Assembly (NCBI GenBank): GCA_951406725.2 | Contig: OX597835.1 | Location: 41,292,001 to 41,356,000 of the forward strand | DNA length: 64,000 nucleotides | DNA from: Octopus vulgaris | Taxonomy: Eukaryota | Direction of reading: 5' to 3' | Shown: positions 1 to 12,834 of the stretch, piece by piece | Layout: the number at the start of each line of letters is the position of its first letter | Position numbering within the stretch: the first letter of the stretch is position 1 | Made by a program: the position numbers and the translations under genes | Notes under the pieces: generated by a model | Told to the model about the DNA's origin: nothing | Database searches by the model: none | What the model saw: only the letters and a program-made list of their open reading frames with translations

Positions 1-984
1 CCACTACAGCCTTGGGCTGACCAAAACCTTGTGAGTGGATTTGGTCGACAGAAACTAAAAAAAGGCCCATTACACGCACGCACACGCACACACACAGACA
101 CACACAACCAGACTGGAACCTGATGCAGCTTCCCAGCTTGCCAGCTCTGGTCAAACTGTCCAACCCATGCCAGCATCTTCATCCTTTAATGGATGTTAAA
201 GGATGGTGATGATGGTGAAGGGGAAAAAAAGAAAAAAGTCCAGTAATTTTCATTTTTAGGGTGGTGCATACACACACACATGGTTAAATGATATGTGTAT
301 TTATATATACACTGTATATCTATCTATGTATCCTCTCTCTCTCTCTCTGTATATATATATATGTATATATATATATAATGAATGTAAACCCTAACTGTGA
401 AACCCAGACCCCTAAACGCAGTGCATTTCTTCTATGTTATTTCTTTAGTGCACTTATAATGCACCTGGTTAAATAGACATGTAATTAATATTCCTGAACC
501 TTTATTATCTGCCCCCTGCAGTCAGCTGCATGCCTTAACTACTTAAAAGTATGTATGGGTATGGATACGGGGGGGCCAACGACTTGCAGTGAAATAACTA
601 AAGCAATAAGCAAAATCCCTAAAAAAGTAAAACTAAGCTGTCAGTCATAATGATTAGAAGAAGTGAACCCTAACTGTGAGGTAGGGGTCAGGGTACCGTT
701 TAGAAAGTCATTAAGTATTTATTTTGTATCAGAGAAGCCCTGTATACTCTTACGTATTTTTGTTTTTAAATGTGTGTATATCTCAGGTTTCTTAATTGGT
801 TTAGGCAACAATTTTTTTCGCCTTAATTTTCTTCATTAATTAGTCATGAACAAAATGTGTTTATACATGGCATTGGTACTGTTTGTGTGATGGTCACTGT
901 CACTTTTCTTGGTGAGAAACGGACCAAAAAGGGAAGCAGTGACCAACTGCCTACTTATACAAGAAATGGTTAATTTATTGTTCC

Positions 985-1214
985 TTAACCCTTTAGTGTT
1001 TGGCATTATTATACCAAAATTAATCCTTTTTTATCCACATTGCCTTAAACTAATCATGCATTATCTTGTAGCTATGAGATTCTAATGAGGTAGCTGTTAA
1101 TTTTTAAAATGATATTGTAGGGTTGGTGTGAGAGACCAGATCTGTCCAGTTTCAACATAAAACAGGCAGAATACTTTTGGCCGGATATGGTCGGTTTAAA
1201 TGCTAAAGGGTTAA
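985..1214. mobile_element. piggyBac-like MITE
   Basis: TTAA-CCCTTTAG...CTAAAGGG-TTAA termini. Related copies at ~35077-35280, 35279-35508 and 61547-61767. Confidence 0.75.
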
Positions 1215-1443
1215 AACTCAGGTTTTGTTGGAACTCCTGGGATCTTGATGCTTAATGGGCTTAAGGCCTGAAATTTTGCGGGAGGGGACTAGTTGATTAC
1301 ATCAACCCCAGTGTTTCACTGATACTTTATTTATCGACCCTGAAAGGGTGAAAGGCAAAGTCAACCTTGGCTGAATTTGAACTTAGAATGTAAAGGCTGA
1401 CGAAATGCCGCTAAGCATTCTGCCCGGTGTATTAACGATTCTG

Positions 1444-2150
1444 CACAATCCTCTTAAGGACAAAATAGCCCAGCTAATGAAGATGAAGATGAAGATAGTG
1501 CCAATTATTGTTGGGTCCTTAGGGACAGTATCTGAAGGCATCAAGAAGAATACAAAGGAAATCGGAATAAAGTGCCCGGATCTTTTCGGTTTGAATGACA
1601 GTTTTTCTAGCAGTGTCATATGAAATTGTCACCCATAATTATGACCCTAGTATCGATCTATTGCATTTCAATCTGTTTTAGGGTTGGGGGAGGGGTATCT
1701 TTTTTTCTTCACAAATGTAAATAAACCCAATCTGTTTCTTAAACGAGGGACATATTCATACAGCACAGAATGTTTTCACCTCAATGGACGTCATTGATTG
1801 GTTGAAATTGCAGAAATTGAAGAAAAAAAACAACAAATATCTTACAAACTATAGAATTTTCTCAATAAAGCCAAGAGAAAAAGATGTTTTATAAACACAT
1901 TCTACCAGTATACAAAGTTTAAAATTTTTTAGTTACCTAGAAATTATGTTAAAAACTGCCGTTCAAACCGAAAAGATCCAGTAAAATTGTTACAAAAGAC
2001 TTGGCCCCTTGGTACAGACAGAATAATCAGGAAAGTATCAAATAGTTGAAAAGAACAAATAGCACTGTACCGTAGGCTGTAGGTAGTAAGCCCGACACGC
2101 ATGCAAGACTCCAGGAGTTCCAACAAAACCCTAGTTAAAAAGAATAATAA
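1444..2150 (+). mobile_element. 3' fragment of an RLE-type (R4/Dong-like) non-LTR retrotransposon, split by a MITE
   Basis: KIVPIIVGSLGTV...GIKCP rejoins VKLLQKTWPLGTDRIIRKV in frame when 1578-1979 is removed. Confidence 0.65.
1578..1979. mobile_element. Non-autonomous TIR element with GGATCTTTTC termini (Merlin-like)
   Basis: TIRs GGATCTTTTCGGTTTGAA / TTCAAACCGAAAAGATCC. Subterminal similarity to the 8059-9285 element. Confidence 0.75.
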
Positions 2151-2500
2151 TAAATTAACAGGAGTTAAGAAAATATTTAATTTCCTCTCGACCGGTTCTT
2201 GTGTAAGAAGGCAGTTGTTCTCTGGTTCCCTTTTTTTGTCTGTTTCTCCCCCCAAAAAGTTATTATTATTTTAAAGGGATCAGGGGTATAAAGTAATTAC
2301 AGTTGTGGGTGGTACATAATGAACCTATGGAAGGATACACAAAGATGTAGTGAGTCACCTAATGTGACTCCTCACCACCTCCGTCTTCTATCCCGGATCA
2401 CGCTGTCTCGCTGCCGGGATCGTGTTGACTTTGTAAATCTGGCTTCAAGTCACTCACACATGTCATTATTAGAATAATTGGAGAAATTATGAAACAATGT

Positions 2501-2534
<34 letters not shown>

Positions 2535-3916
2535 CTCTCCTTCCTCCTCTAATTCTATTTAAGTGCTGTCAAAGTGGGGAGGAAAACCCACATTTAATTC
2601 CTTTTTTTTTCTTTCACTGAGTTTTCTTTGTGGTTATTTTAGTACTTTTTATTTTTGTTCTTGATTTTTGTATTTTTTTTTTAATCCCCATTTCACGGAC
2701 ATTTTCAACATACTTCAGATCCACTACTGTAACTTCAAAGTTACAGTCGTTGTCGTCAGCCAGACTTCTCTCACTCATTTACCATTTTTACCATTGCACG
2801 ATACCCCCCCTCCACATCCCCTGCTCCCTCACCTCCTCGTCCTCGTCCTCCTCCTCTACATTTACCAAAGTTGGTATTGCATACCACTGTAATTGTTTCT
2901 TCTTCCATGTTATTAAATAAACACCAAGCTTGTGATGGATGGCGTCCTGCTTTAAGAAGCAGTTGGGGAGAACGGTGTTGTTGTTAGTGTTGGTGTTGTT
3001 GTTGTTGTTGGTGGTGGTGGTGGGTATGGGAGAGTGCACACATAAATCCCACCCCCCTTTTAATAAAAAATGAAATAAAAATAATAATAATAAATAAAAT
3101 TGCAGACAGAGAGTCCGAAATTACATTTAATGTAAAGTTAATGTTTGGCCTGAGTTATTCAACCGTAACAGAATGAAATATATTTTTAAAAAAATAAAAA
3201 AGAAGAAAAAGGCGATGGGTGTTGTGGTGAGGATGGTGGTGTTGTTGTTGTGGTGGTGGTGGTGGTGGTGGTGCCTGAAATAAAACAATATTAATAAATG
3301 CATGTGTCAAGCATGTGGGTGTGGAGGTGAGAGAGGATAGCGAAATGGTGCATGTAATAGAGAAATAAAGGTCCTTCCCGAGTTGCACAAATTCCATAGG
3401 GCCGGTTCCCCAGTTTCTGTGGTGCATATATGTATTATTCCCCTGGATGGGAAGCCAGTCCATTGCAGGATTACTCACTATTGCCAGCCGAGTGGTCTGC
3501 AGCAATGTGAAATGAAGTGTTTTGCTCAAGAGCACTATGCATCGCTTGGTCCAGGAATTGAAACCACAATCTTACAACCACGAGTGAGGTGGCGAGGTGG
3601 CAGAATTGTTAGGACACTGGACAGAATGCTTAGCAATATTCTGTTTGTCCTTACGTTCTGAGTTCAAATTCTGCCAAGGTTGACTTTGCCTTTCATCCTT
3701 TCTGGGTTGACAAAAACAGTACCAGTTGAATACTGGGGTTGATGTAATTGACTTACCCACTCCTTCAAGAATTGCTGGCTTTGTGCCAAACTGTGAAACC
3801 AATCTTACACTCATGAGTCCCACACCCGAACCACTAAGCCATGTGCTTCCACTATATAATGTAATAGAGGTGACTATCAGTTCTCAGAAGTAGCCAGTTG
3901 AGGGGAGGGAATAGAA

Positions 3917-4150
3917 GGTGGTGAGCTGGCAGAAACGTTAGCACAGCCGGGCGAAATGCTTAACGGTATTTCGTCTGCCGTTACATTCTGAGTTCAAATT
4001 CTGCCGAGGTCGACTGTGCCTTTCATCCTTTCTGGGTCGATAAATTTAGTACCAGTTACGCACTGGGGTTGATATAATCGACTTAATCTGTTTGTCTGTC
4101 CTTGTTTGTCCCCTCTGTGTATAGCCCCTTGTGGGTAGTAAAGAAATAGG
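3917..4150 (+). mobile_element. tRNA-derived SINE family A (representative copy)
   Basis: Box A/B-like head (GAGCTGGCAGAA...GAGTTCAAATT), central GCCTTTCATCCTTTCGGGGTCGATAAA, tail ...GTGGGTAGTAAAGAAATA. Other copies near 1262, 3590, 4482, 7385, 15320, 17525, 18085, 18485, 19080, 25845, 26707, 28047, 31744, 34648, 37741, 51125 and 60563. Confidence 0.85.
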
Positions 4151-4302
4151 AATAGGTGGGTGTAGAGCTGTGTTATAAACATGCATGGCTGTGTGAATGG
4201 TTAGGAAGTTAGCTTCTCAACCAGATGGTTTTGGGTTCAGTCCCACTATGCAGCACTTTGAGTGTCTCCTAGTATAAACAAATCAAATTACATGCACCCC
4301 CT

Positions 4303-4350
<48 letters not shown>

Positions 4351-5049
4351 GCAGAGGTGTGTCTGTGTAGTAAGAAGTTTGCTTCTCAACCACAGAGTTC
4401 CGTCTTCTACTCTGGTCCTGGGCTGAGCCAACCAATGCCTTGGGAGTGAATTTGGTTAACAGAAACTGAAAGAAGCCTGAAAGGCGGCTAGCTGGCAGAA
4501 ACATTAGCACACTGGGCGAAATGCTTAGCAGTATTTTGTCTGCTGTTACATTCTGAGTTCAAATTCCGCCGAGGTTGACTTTGCCTTTCATCCTTTCGGG
4601 GTTGATAAATTAAATACCAGTTATGCACTGGGGTCGATATAATCGACTTAATCCTTTTGTCTGTCCTTGTTTGTTCTCTCTGTGTTTAGCTCCTTGTGGG
4701 CAATAATGAAATAAGAAACTGAAAGAAGCTTGTTGTGTGTGTGTGTGTAAGTGTGTGTGTGTATGTGTAAGTGTGTGTGTGTGTGTGTGTGTGTGTAAGT
4801 GTGTGTGTGTGTGTGTCACTGTCTCCTTGCCTTGATATTGCATGATTGTTGTAAACAAGTGTCGCCATCCTACACGTGATGTCCTTTGTTTCCAATCTTC
4901 CATGAAGGCATGATTGGAAATGCCTGGCCATGAGAAAATATTACCTTACTTGGGAAACATGTGAGAATTGGCAACAGGAAGGGCATCCGGCTGTAGAAAA
5001 TCTGCCTCAACAAATTCCTTCTAACTCATGCAAGTGAGGAAAAGTGGGC

Positions 5050-5627
5050 TTAACCCCTTCAATACCAACCTGGCTGAAACCAGCTCTGGCTCTGTAGCAC
5101 AAATGTCATGTTTACATAAGTTCTGAATTAAAATCTTCCACCAAACTTAGTCACAATTTATGTTCTTAACACTAGCTTAATGATAATGAACATCTCTCTA
5201 TATATAAATGGCAAAATGTCTGCGTGTGTGTCCTTTATACAAATCCACAATTTTTCAGTTAGAGGGCTTGCACTTTCTATGGTCATTCAAAATTGTCCAA
5301 GGGTGGTCGTGCACATCTTTACATTTCCCCAGTCACCCTGCAAAGCCATTAAAAAATCAATAGAAGTGACTTTTTTGTGAATTTTCTATCCAAAACCCAA
5401 TCAAAATGCCCGAAACTTGATACAGCTAGCTGTATGTGATTGGTCGGAGATTTGGACAGTACTCGCGTGTATGTGTGCACGCACGCAGCTGTATATGCAT
5501 GCACTAGCACTATGACCCGGCAACGCCGGGTCATAGTGCTAGCCTTTTATTAAATTCTTTGTTATATTTAAAATGATTGAAAGAAACACAGAGAGTCTCA
5601 AAGTAAATACAGTAACAAAAGGGTTAA
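5050..5627. mobile_element. piggyBac-like MITE carrying a nested Helitron
   Basis: TTAA-CCC...GGG-TTAA termini. Same family as 57133-57361 and 61833-62060. Confidence 0.75.
5193..5542 (+). mobile_element. Non-autonomous Helitron
   Basis: 5' A|TCTCTCTATATATAAA. 3' hairpin CACTATGACCCGGC-AAC-GCCGGGTCATAGTG followed by CTAG. No TSD. Confidence 0.8.
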
Positions 5628-5703
5628 AACAATGATGATGACTGAGTTCATATAAGCTCTTGCTCTCTCTTTCTCTCTCTCTCTCTTTCTCTCTGTCTCT
5701 CTT

Positions 5704-5736
<33 letters not shown>

Positions 5737-6659
5737 TGTTCTACAATACTCATGCCACTGAGGTGTTGAACTACTAGTATGAACCCTGTGGTGTTTATTT
5801 GTTTAATTAGAGAAGGGTGAGGAAATGACTAACCCCCTTCAGACCCCCACCCACATTGGTGAGATTGATTTAGATGTTGTTCTGTTTGAACCACTGTGTA
5901 GGGCATTATGATGTTGTTTCCTTAAACAAGACATTCAGCTCCTGCTGGCTTCGGCGTACACAAAGCAAACAGTGTCATTCACGTTTGTTCCCAGTTAGGA
6001 AGGATCGGCCGTTTTATTTGCTGTTTTGATTCTCCCAATTATTTCTAAAGCTGGGTTCCTTCTTCTGTCTACTTCACAACCTTGGAAAAGCAGTAGAAGC
6101 TTTTATTTAATATTTTATCTTATTTACTTGTTTCAGTAGTTAGAGTGTGGCCATGCTGGGGCACCACACTGAAGAATTTTAGTCAAATAAATGGTACTAT
6201 GGTACTTATTTCATCAGTGTTTGCCAAACTGCTACATTAAGGGGTCATAAACAAACTAATGCCTTTAAGGGTTTTAGTCAAACAATGCGCGACCCCAGGA
6301 CTTGTACTTGTTCTGTTGGTCTCTTTTGCCAAACCGCTGGATTACAGGGAGGTAAACACACCAACACCGGTTATCATGTGGAACTGGCGGACAAAGATAC
6401 ATGCATGCATATATATGTATGATAATTTCTACCACCCAGGGAACCAGATTAGTATTGGGGAAAGATGCAAGGAGAGTGTGAAAGCTAGAATAGAAATTCA
6501 GAGAGGTGTCATGTCTGTTGGTTAGGAAAGGTTCCTCTCTCCAAGGAAAAGGAAGATTATGTGATGCATGTATACAGATAGCAGTTCTACATGGCAGTGA
6601 CATGTGGGTCCTGAATGCAAAGGTTATAAAGAAATGAGGTTAGTATTGCTTCACTGTAC

Positions 6660-7056
6660 ACTCTTTTACTCTTTAACTTGTTTCAGTCATTTGACTGTGG
6701 CCATGCTGGAGCACCGTCTTTAGTCAAGCAAATCGACCCCAGGACTTATTCTTTGTAAGCCTAGTACTTATTCTATCGGTCTCTTTTGCCAAACCGCTAA
6801 GTTACGGGGGGCGCAAACACACCAGCATCGATTGTCAAGCAATGCTAGGGGGACAAACACAGACACACACACACATATATACATATATATACGATGGGCT
6901 TCTTTCAGTTTCCGTCTACCAAATCCACTCACAAGGCTTTGGTCGGCCCGAGGCTATAGTAGAAGACACTTGCCCAAGGTGCCACACAGTGGGACTGAAC
7001 CTGGAACCATGTGGTTGGTAAGCAAGCTACTTACCACACAGCCACTCCTGCGCCTG
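6660..7056 (-). mobile_element. tRNA/CORE-like SINE family B, full length
   Basis: Reverse complement of 12618-13052. Confidence 0.85.
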
Positions 7057-7084
7057 CATATGTATAATGTAAGTGTACATGTTC

Positions 7085-7355
7085 GACCAAGTGCTAGTGT
7101 ACTGAGATAGAAGTTAGGCATAAGAGGAGTTAGTTGTGTGCAAGAGAGAAGAGTGCGCTGATTTGGTCACGTGATGCAGATGGGTGCTGACTGCTCCATA
7201 AAGAAGAGGTGATCTCTCAAAGTAGATGGAACATGTGGAAGTGGGAGATCCAGGAAGACATGGAATGAAGTGCTGAAGAATGACCTCAGGATGATGACCC
7301 TTTCAGGTGAGATGACAAAAGACTGAGATGCCTGGTGCCTTGCTGTACTCAAAAA
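7085..7355 (+). mobile_element. RTE-type LINE C-terminal fragment
   Basis: Degenerate translation R*FGHVMQM...VDGTCGSGRSRKTWNEVLKNDL, matching the RTE pattern 'RWFGHV...GRPRKTW'. Confidence 0.7.
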
Positions 7356-7814
7356 GGCCTGTACTCTGCAGCAGAAGTGTTAAGGCAGCAAGCTGGCAGA
7401 AACGTTAGCATGCGGGGTGAAATACTTAGTGGTATTTCATCTGCCATTACGTTCTGAGTTCAAATTCCGCCGAGGTCGACTTTGCCTTTCATCCTTTCGG
7501 GGTCGAACATTGACCTGATGAAAGAACATCTTTCATCTTGAAACCAAAGATAGTCATTTTTCTTCTAGCACTGACTTAAGCTGCTCGCAGTAGATCTCCT
7601 TTGTTATCATTTGGTTTGGGTTTAAAAGTTCAAAGTGGACTAAACATTTCATATCCTACCAAATAGAGAACAACACCTTACATGGGTAAAGACCTTTAGC
7701 CTGGGGAACCAGTATTTCTCCTTTCCCTACCCACTGTCCTCAACGCTTGACATTTTTATAGAGAACCCATTTCTTGTCACTAGTCACTGTTCAGTCCAAA
7801 AAGATTCATTTGTG

Positions 7815-8384
7815 AGATGTGACAGCAAAGAAGAGCACACATTCACTCTTTCTGGGCAATTAGACTCGGAAAATTTGTGAGTAACCATTGACCCAATTTG
7901 CTGACTTTTCTGATGGTACGCAGGCGTTGGTGAATGGTTGAATGACCAAATCCAAGCTTCTCTGCTAGTTCCTCAACAGTTATGTTGGGATTTTGTTTCA
8001 CCAGGGTTTGCAGGACGTCCTCATCGAGCTCTTCAGATCTTCCAGGATGAGGCTCATCGGATCTTTTCCTTTAGATAGACAGAATTCAACCCAATTTCTA
8101 GTTAACTAAACAATTTGAAACTTCGTATGCTGGTAGAATGTGTCAAAAGAAAACATTATTTTCACTTGGCTTTTTTGATAAATTTGTAATTTGTAAGTTT
8201 AACGTAGTTTAATTCTTCGAATTTTAACCAATGAATCACCAGTATTTGAGCTCAAATCATTTTCTGCGTCTAAAAACTCAGACAACATCCTGTTACTGTT
8301 TGTTTTTGTTTTTCGTCCCTTCTCTCACTCAGTCCGTCTCTCTATTATCTATATATGTAAATACAAACATACGTATAAACACTC

Positions 8385-8436
<52 letters not shown>

Positions 8437-9460
8437 ATGCACACACGTGTATATAAACATATATACACACAATATGGGAATTCATAGATACGCATACAAA
8501 TATATAAATACACATACATATGTAAATACAAACACACACATTTCATATAATCTTCCACATTCTTTATACGTTTCACAAACATACACACACAACACATTCT
8601 ACACATCTTTATACACACTCAGTTTCACTATCACACTCCATCGCACATCTTCAACAAGCTGCATGAAGGCCTCTTCATCCACTGCTTTTCATTTCACTGT
8701 CCACATAAGCATCACATCTACACACCACATACATACATACACCTTTATATATACTGTTATACACTATCGCACGTTTTATACACTCTACATATAGTCCTGT
8801 ATACACGCTGCCATACATATCACATCTACACACCATATATACACCTAAGTACATTTATATATCATTACATAATATACACTAATTGCCTGTAGTCTTGTGT
8901 ATATATACGATTAAATCAAGGATATAAAAACCCTCGTAAAGGGATGTTAGCATTTCTTTTTCTTATATATATATATGTGTGTGTGTTTGTGTGCATGTAT
9001 GTATGTATGTATGTGTGTATATATATATATATATATGCGTGTGTATGTGATTATATGATGTGTAGGGGTGTAAGGTGGTGTACATATATAGAAGACAAGA
9101 CAGAGCATTTATTACACATAATATAATTTATCAAAAAAGCCAAGTGAAAATAATGTTTTCTTTTGACACATTCTACCAGTATACGAAGTTTCAAATTGTT
9201 TAGTTAACTAGAAATTGGGTTGAATTCTGTCTATCTAAAGGAAAAGATCCGGCTCGGAATTCTGTCTATCTAAAGGAAAAGATCCGGCTCATCTTCTAAG
9301 CTGTAGTTTCCGGCTGGGAATTTCTGGAACCACTGTTGACACTAGCTTACGCTTATTGTCTGATCCCCATATACTGCATTAATATTCCTTGCAGTTTCCG
9401 TAGCATTGGTGCTTTTATTGAACTCATAAAGCAAAATATGCCAAATATGCTCCTTTGTCA
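7815..9460 (-). mobile_element. Decayed mariner fragment interrupted by a Merlin-like MITE
   Basis: Homologous to the mariner HTH fragment at 41180-41520. The sequence is continuous across the 8059-9293 insertion. Confidence 0.65.
8059..9285. mobile_element. Merlin-like non-autonomous DNA transposon with ~125-bp TIRs
   Basis: Near-perfect TIRs at 8059-~8185 and ~9125-9250 starting GGATCTTTTCC. 8-bp TSD GGCTCATC at 8051-8058 and 9286-9293. GG termini with an 8-bp TSD fit Merlin. Confidence 0.8.
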
Positions 9461-10003
9461 ACTATAGCTTCATTGAAGATTGCAACCAAATAACACTTAT
9501 TCCTGCTACACTCAACTCACTTGGACAAGAAAATCAACCATGCCAACCACACCGGGCTGAAAGATCTGTGAAATTAAGGGGCACAATCCCTTCATCAGGA
9601 CTAAATTATTTAAAAAGTAAAGTTACCTTCTCGACTCATAAGGGCCAGTTTCCTGGTTTCATGATGTATATATTCCCCACGTGGACAGGATGCCAGTCCA
9701 TTGTAGGATTACTCATTTTTGCCAGCTGAGTGCAACATGAATCAATGTTTTGCTTAAGAACACAATGTCTCACCTGGTCCAGGAATCAAAACGATCTTAC
9801 GATCATGAGACCAACACTAACCACTAAGCCACACACCTCTACTATTTAAAAAAAATGGTTTCTAAATCTCCTATCTGCCTCCTTCAATCTTCTGCCAACC
9901 ACCAAACAAGGGAAGTTACCCTTATTCAATCCCTTTCCTTCACTTCTTGCCTCTTTTGGTCATTTGATACACTGACTTTCATCTTTACCGAATTCCCTTA
10001 TGT

Positions 10004-10340
10004 ATCATCATCATCATCATCATTTAGCGTCCGCTTTCCATGCGAGCATGTGTTGGACGGTTCAACTGGGGTCTGGGAGGCCAGAAGGCTGCACCAGGCC
10101 CAGTCTGATCTGGCAATGTTTCTATGGCTGGATGCCCTTCCTAACGCCAACCACTCCGTGAGTGTAGTGGGTGCTTTTTACATGCCACCGGCACAGGTGC
10201 CAGACAGGGCTGGCAAACGGCCACGGTCGGATGGTGCTTTTTACGTGCCACCGGCACAGGGGCCAGGCGAGGCTGGCAACGATACGATCGGATGGTGCTT
10301 TTTACGTGCCATCGGCACGGGGGCCAGGCAAGGATGGCAC
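10004..10340 (-). mobile_element. (GAT)n-tailed retroposon family C (RTE-partner-like), representative copy
   Basis: Contains GGCGTTAGGAAGGGCATCCAGCC, internal ~55-bp tandem subrepeats and a (GAT)n tail. Copies near 14243, 17740, 18298, 21961, 22730, 36425, 36752, 39002, 42336, 42795, 45213, 46447, 48953, 50364 and 54115. Confidence 0.8.
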
Positions 10341-10943
10341 TCTGTTTTAAAATAGGTTATAGAAGGGGCCACTTAAAGGGTTAGCAACACTGCTTCAAAA
10401 GCTCTTCCAACCCATGCCAGAATGGAAAAGTGGCCTTAAAAATACTCCAGTCGATACCGGGCACCACATTATCCTCCTCATCATCTCATTAACTGCACTA
10501 ATTAATCTCCGTCATGTAATTACACATATCTCTGATTTTCAGACGTCAGACAGTATTACATCTAGAACCTACATAATTCAATGCGTCATTCCTTAAATGT
10601 AAATTGAGAGCAGTTTAGCTCTTATTTCTAGTAGGTCGAGCGACTGCAATGGAGCTTTTGTTCTGAGGTTTAGCAAAGTTTATATAGTGTTTGTGTGAGT
10701 GCGTCAGATTGTTTCACCTGCCTCACCACCACCACCACCACCACCGTGTTGCTTGTTGCATGTTCTGAATAGAGAATAAAACAAAACAAGTTCAGTACTT
10801 GGAGGGTGTGGTGACCTTATCTGTTGTAGAAAGGGTAGGCGAGGGAGGAAGGGAGGGGTTGTTTTGTTTTGTTTTTCATGTTTGCATGCCATTTCTAGCT
10901 ACAACCACTTTATCTAAGAAGGTGGCAGCACTGATGAGTTCTG

Positions 10944-10978
<35 letters not shown>

Positions 10979-11229
10979 AAAGAATGTTTGCAAAATAGAA
11001 TTAAAACATGATTTGGGTGGTGGTAGTCATAGCAGTAGTGGTGTTGTTAGTGGTAGGTGCGGCTGTGTTGATGGTGGTATGTTTTCTTCTGTAGCCCTGA
11101 ACCAACCAAGGTTTTTTTTTTGAGTAGATGGAAACTGTAAGAAGCCCTTCATGTATATAAATGTGCAAGTGTCTAATTTTGAAAATGATTAAAAATTTGG
11201 ATGGATTTAGTCAACAAACTTTGTCATTA

Positions 11230-11360
11230 CAGTAACCCCTCAACCGTCATGGTAACCCCTTGACCATCATGGTAACCCCTTGACCGTCATGGTAGACCCT
11301 CAACTATCATGGTAGACCCTCAACTATCATGGTAACCCCTCAACTATCATGGTAACCCTT
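11230..11360. repeat. 20-21 bp minisatellite (CATGGTAACCCCTCAACTAT), ~6 copies
   Basis: Visible tandem units. Confidence 0.85.
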
Positions 11361-12100
11361 CTACTCTCTGTGAAGTAGAAACAGTACTGTACTGTATATT
11401 ATTTTTAATTATTTTTATAATTTGTATATATTTATTTTATTATAAATGCAAAACAACACCATGGAGGAATCGACGCTTAAATAACGAACTGCGATAAGGT
11501 GAGGGATCACTGTCGTGAGTTGCTGTTTGGAATATAACAAAAAGTTCAGGTACAAAACATAATGGAAGATTTTCTTTTAGTTTAGATAAGAACTTTTTTC
11601 TTTTTAAATGAGAAATTTTCTGTTATAAAACCAGAAGTAGTTTCAACTGAGTCAGTGTTAAAAGTCTCAAGTTAAAAAGTAATTTTAGACCTTATTTTAT
11701 ATTCAGTTCATCATTGCCGTTATCATCATCATCATCATTTAATGTCCCATGTTCCATGCTAGCATGGGTTGGCTGGTTCAACCAGGATCTGACAGATCCA
11801 AGGGTTGTATTGTGTTCCAGGGTTTCGTGTGAGCGACCAGGCTATCAGATGTTGTTATACATTACTGGTCACAATGTGTTTTTGCATTGTTTTAGCCTTC
11901 AAATCAAGCCACTCCTTTGACTTGGTGACCAGGTCAACATCCCACCCCGCCCCTTATCAAAAGGGGGTCTGGAGCAATGTGAAATGAAGTGTTTTGCTCA
12001 AGAACACAACATGCTGCCCAGCCAGGGAATCAAACCAGCAATTGTGAGTGCAACAGCCTAACCACTAAGCGACACGCCTTCATTTCCAGAGTTATCTTCC

Positions 12101-12340
12101 GGCATCAGTTGTTAGTTGTCGGAGCATTGCATCCTTCAAAACTTCCATGCTTCCTGAGATTCGCCAACACTCCACCTGATTTTCTCCCCTCCATACACAT
12201 GCAAGCATGTATCTGACTCGTACACTGTTCGCTTTCCAGACATTTGTACATTACTGCATATACTTTATACGCACTTTCTGACAAGTTGTGGTGCACCTGA
12301 GCACTGTATACAATGATTTCATTATTATTATTATTTTATT
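12101..12340 (+). mobile_element. CR1-group LINE 3' end with (ATT)n tail
   Basis: Homologous to 33385-33640. Confidence 0.8.
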
Positions 12341-12617
12341 ATTATGAAAACCCAGTGTATTCCACCATATTCTCCTCATATTCTCATTGAATTTTCTTTC
12401 TTTTCATATTTTTTTATATATTTTCATTTCAAATTTTGGTTTATGCAGTGTTTTTCCTTTTCTTTTTGTTTTGCTTTCAAACCTAAGGTTAGCATTCTTG
12501 GCACAGTTTCTGACAACAAACTGTTTTCTCTGCCTAACCTTCTCTTCAATCCATTCAAGAATATATCTGACACAATTGTTTTTTTTTTTTTCTATGTTTG
12601 TTTATTTAGTAAATATA

Positions 12618-12782
12618 GGCGCAGGAGTGGCTGTGTGGTAAGTAGCTTGTTTACCAACCACATGGTTCCAGGTTCAGTCCCACTGCGTGGCACCTTGGGC
12701 AAGTGTCTTCTACTATAACCTCGGGCCAACCAAAGCCTTGTGAGTGGATTTGGTAGACGGAAACTGAAAGAAGCCCATCGTA

Positions 12783-12834
<52 letters not shown>

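Noticed and set aside
9578-9605. Minus-strand CTGATGAAGGG...CCC hammerhead start
   Set aside because: No GAAA box follows.
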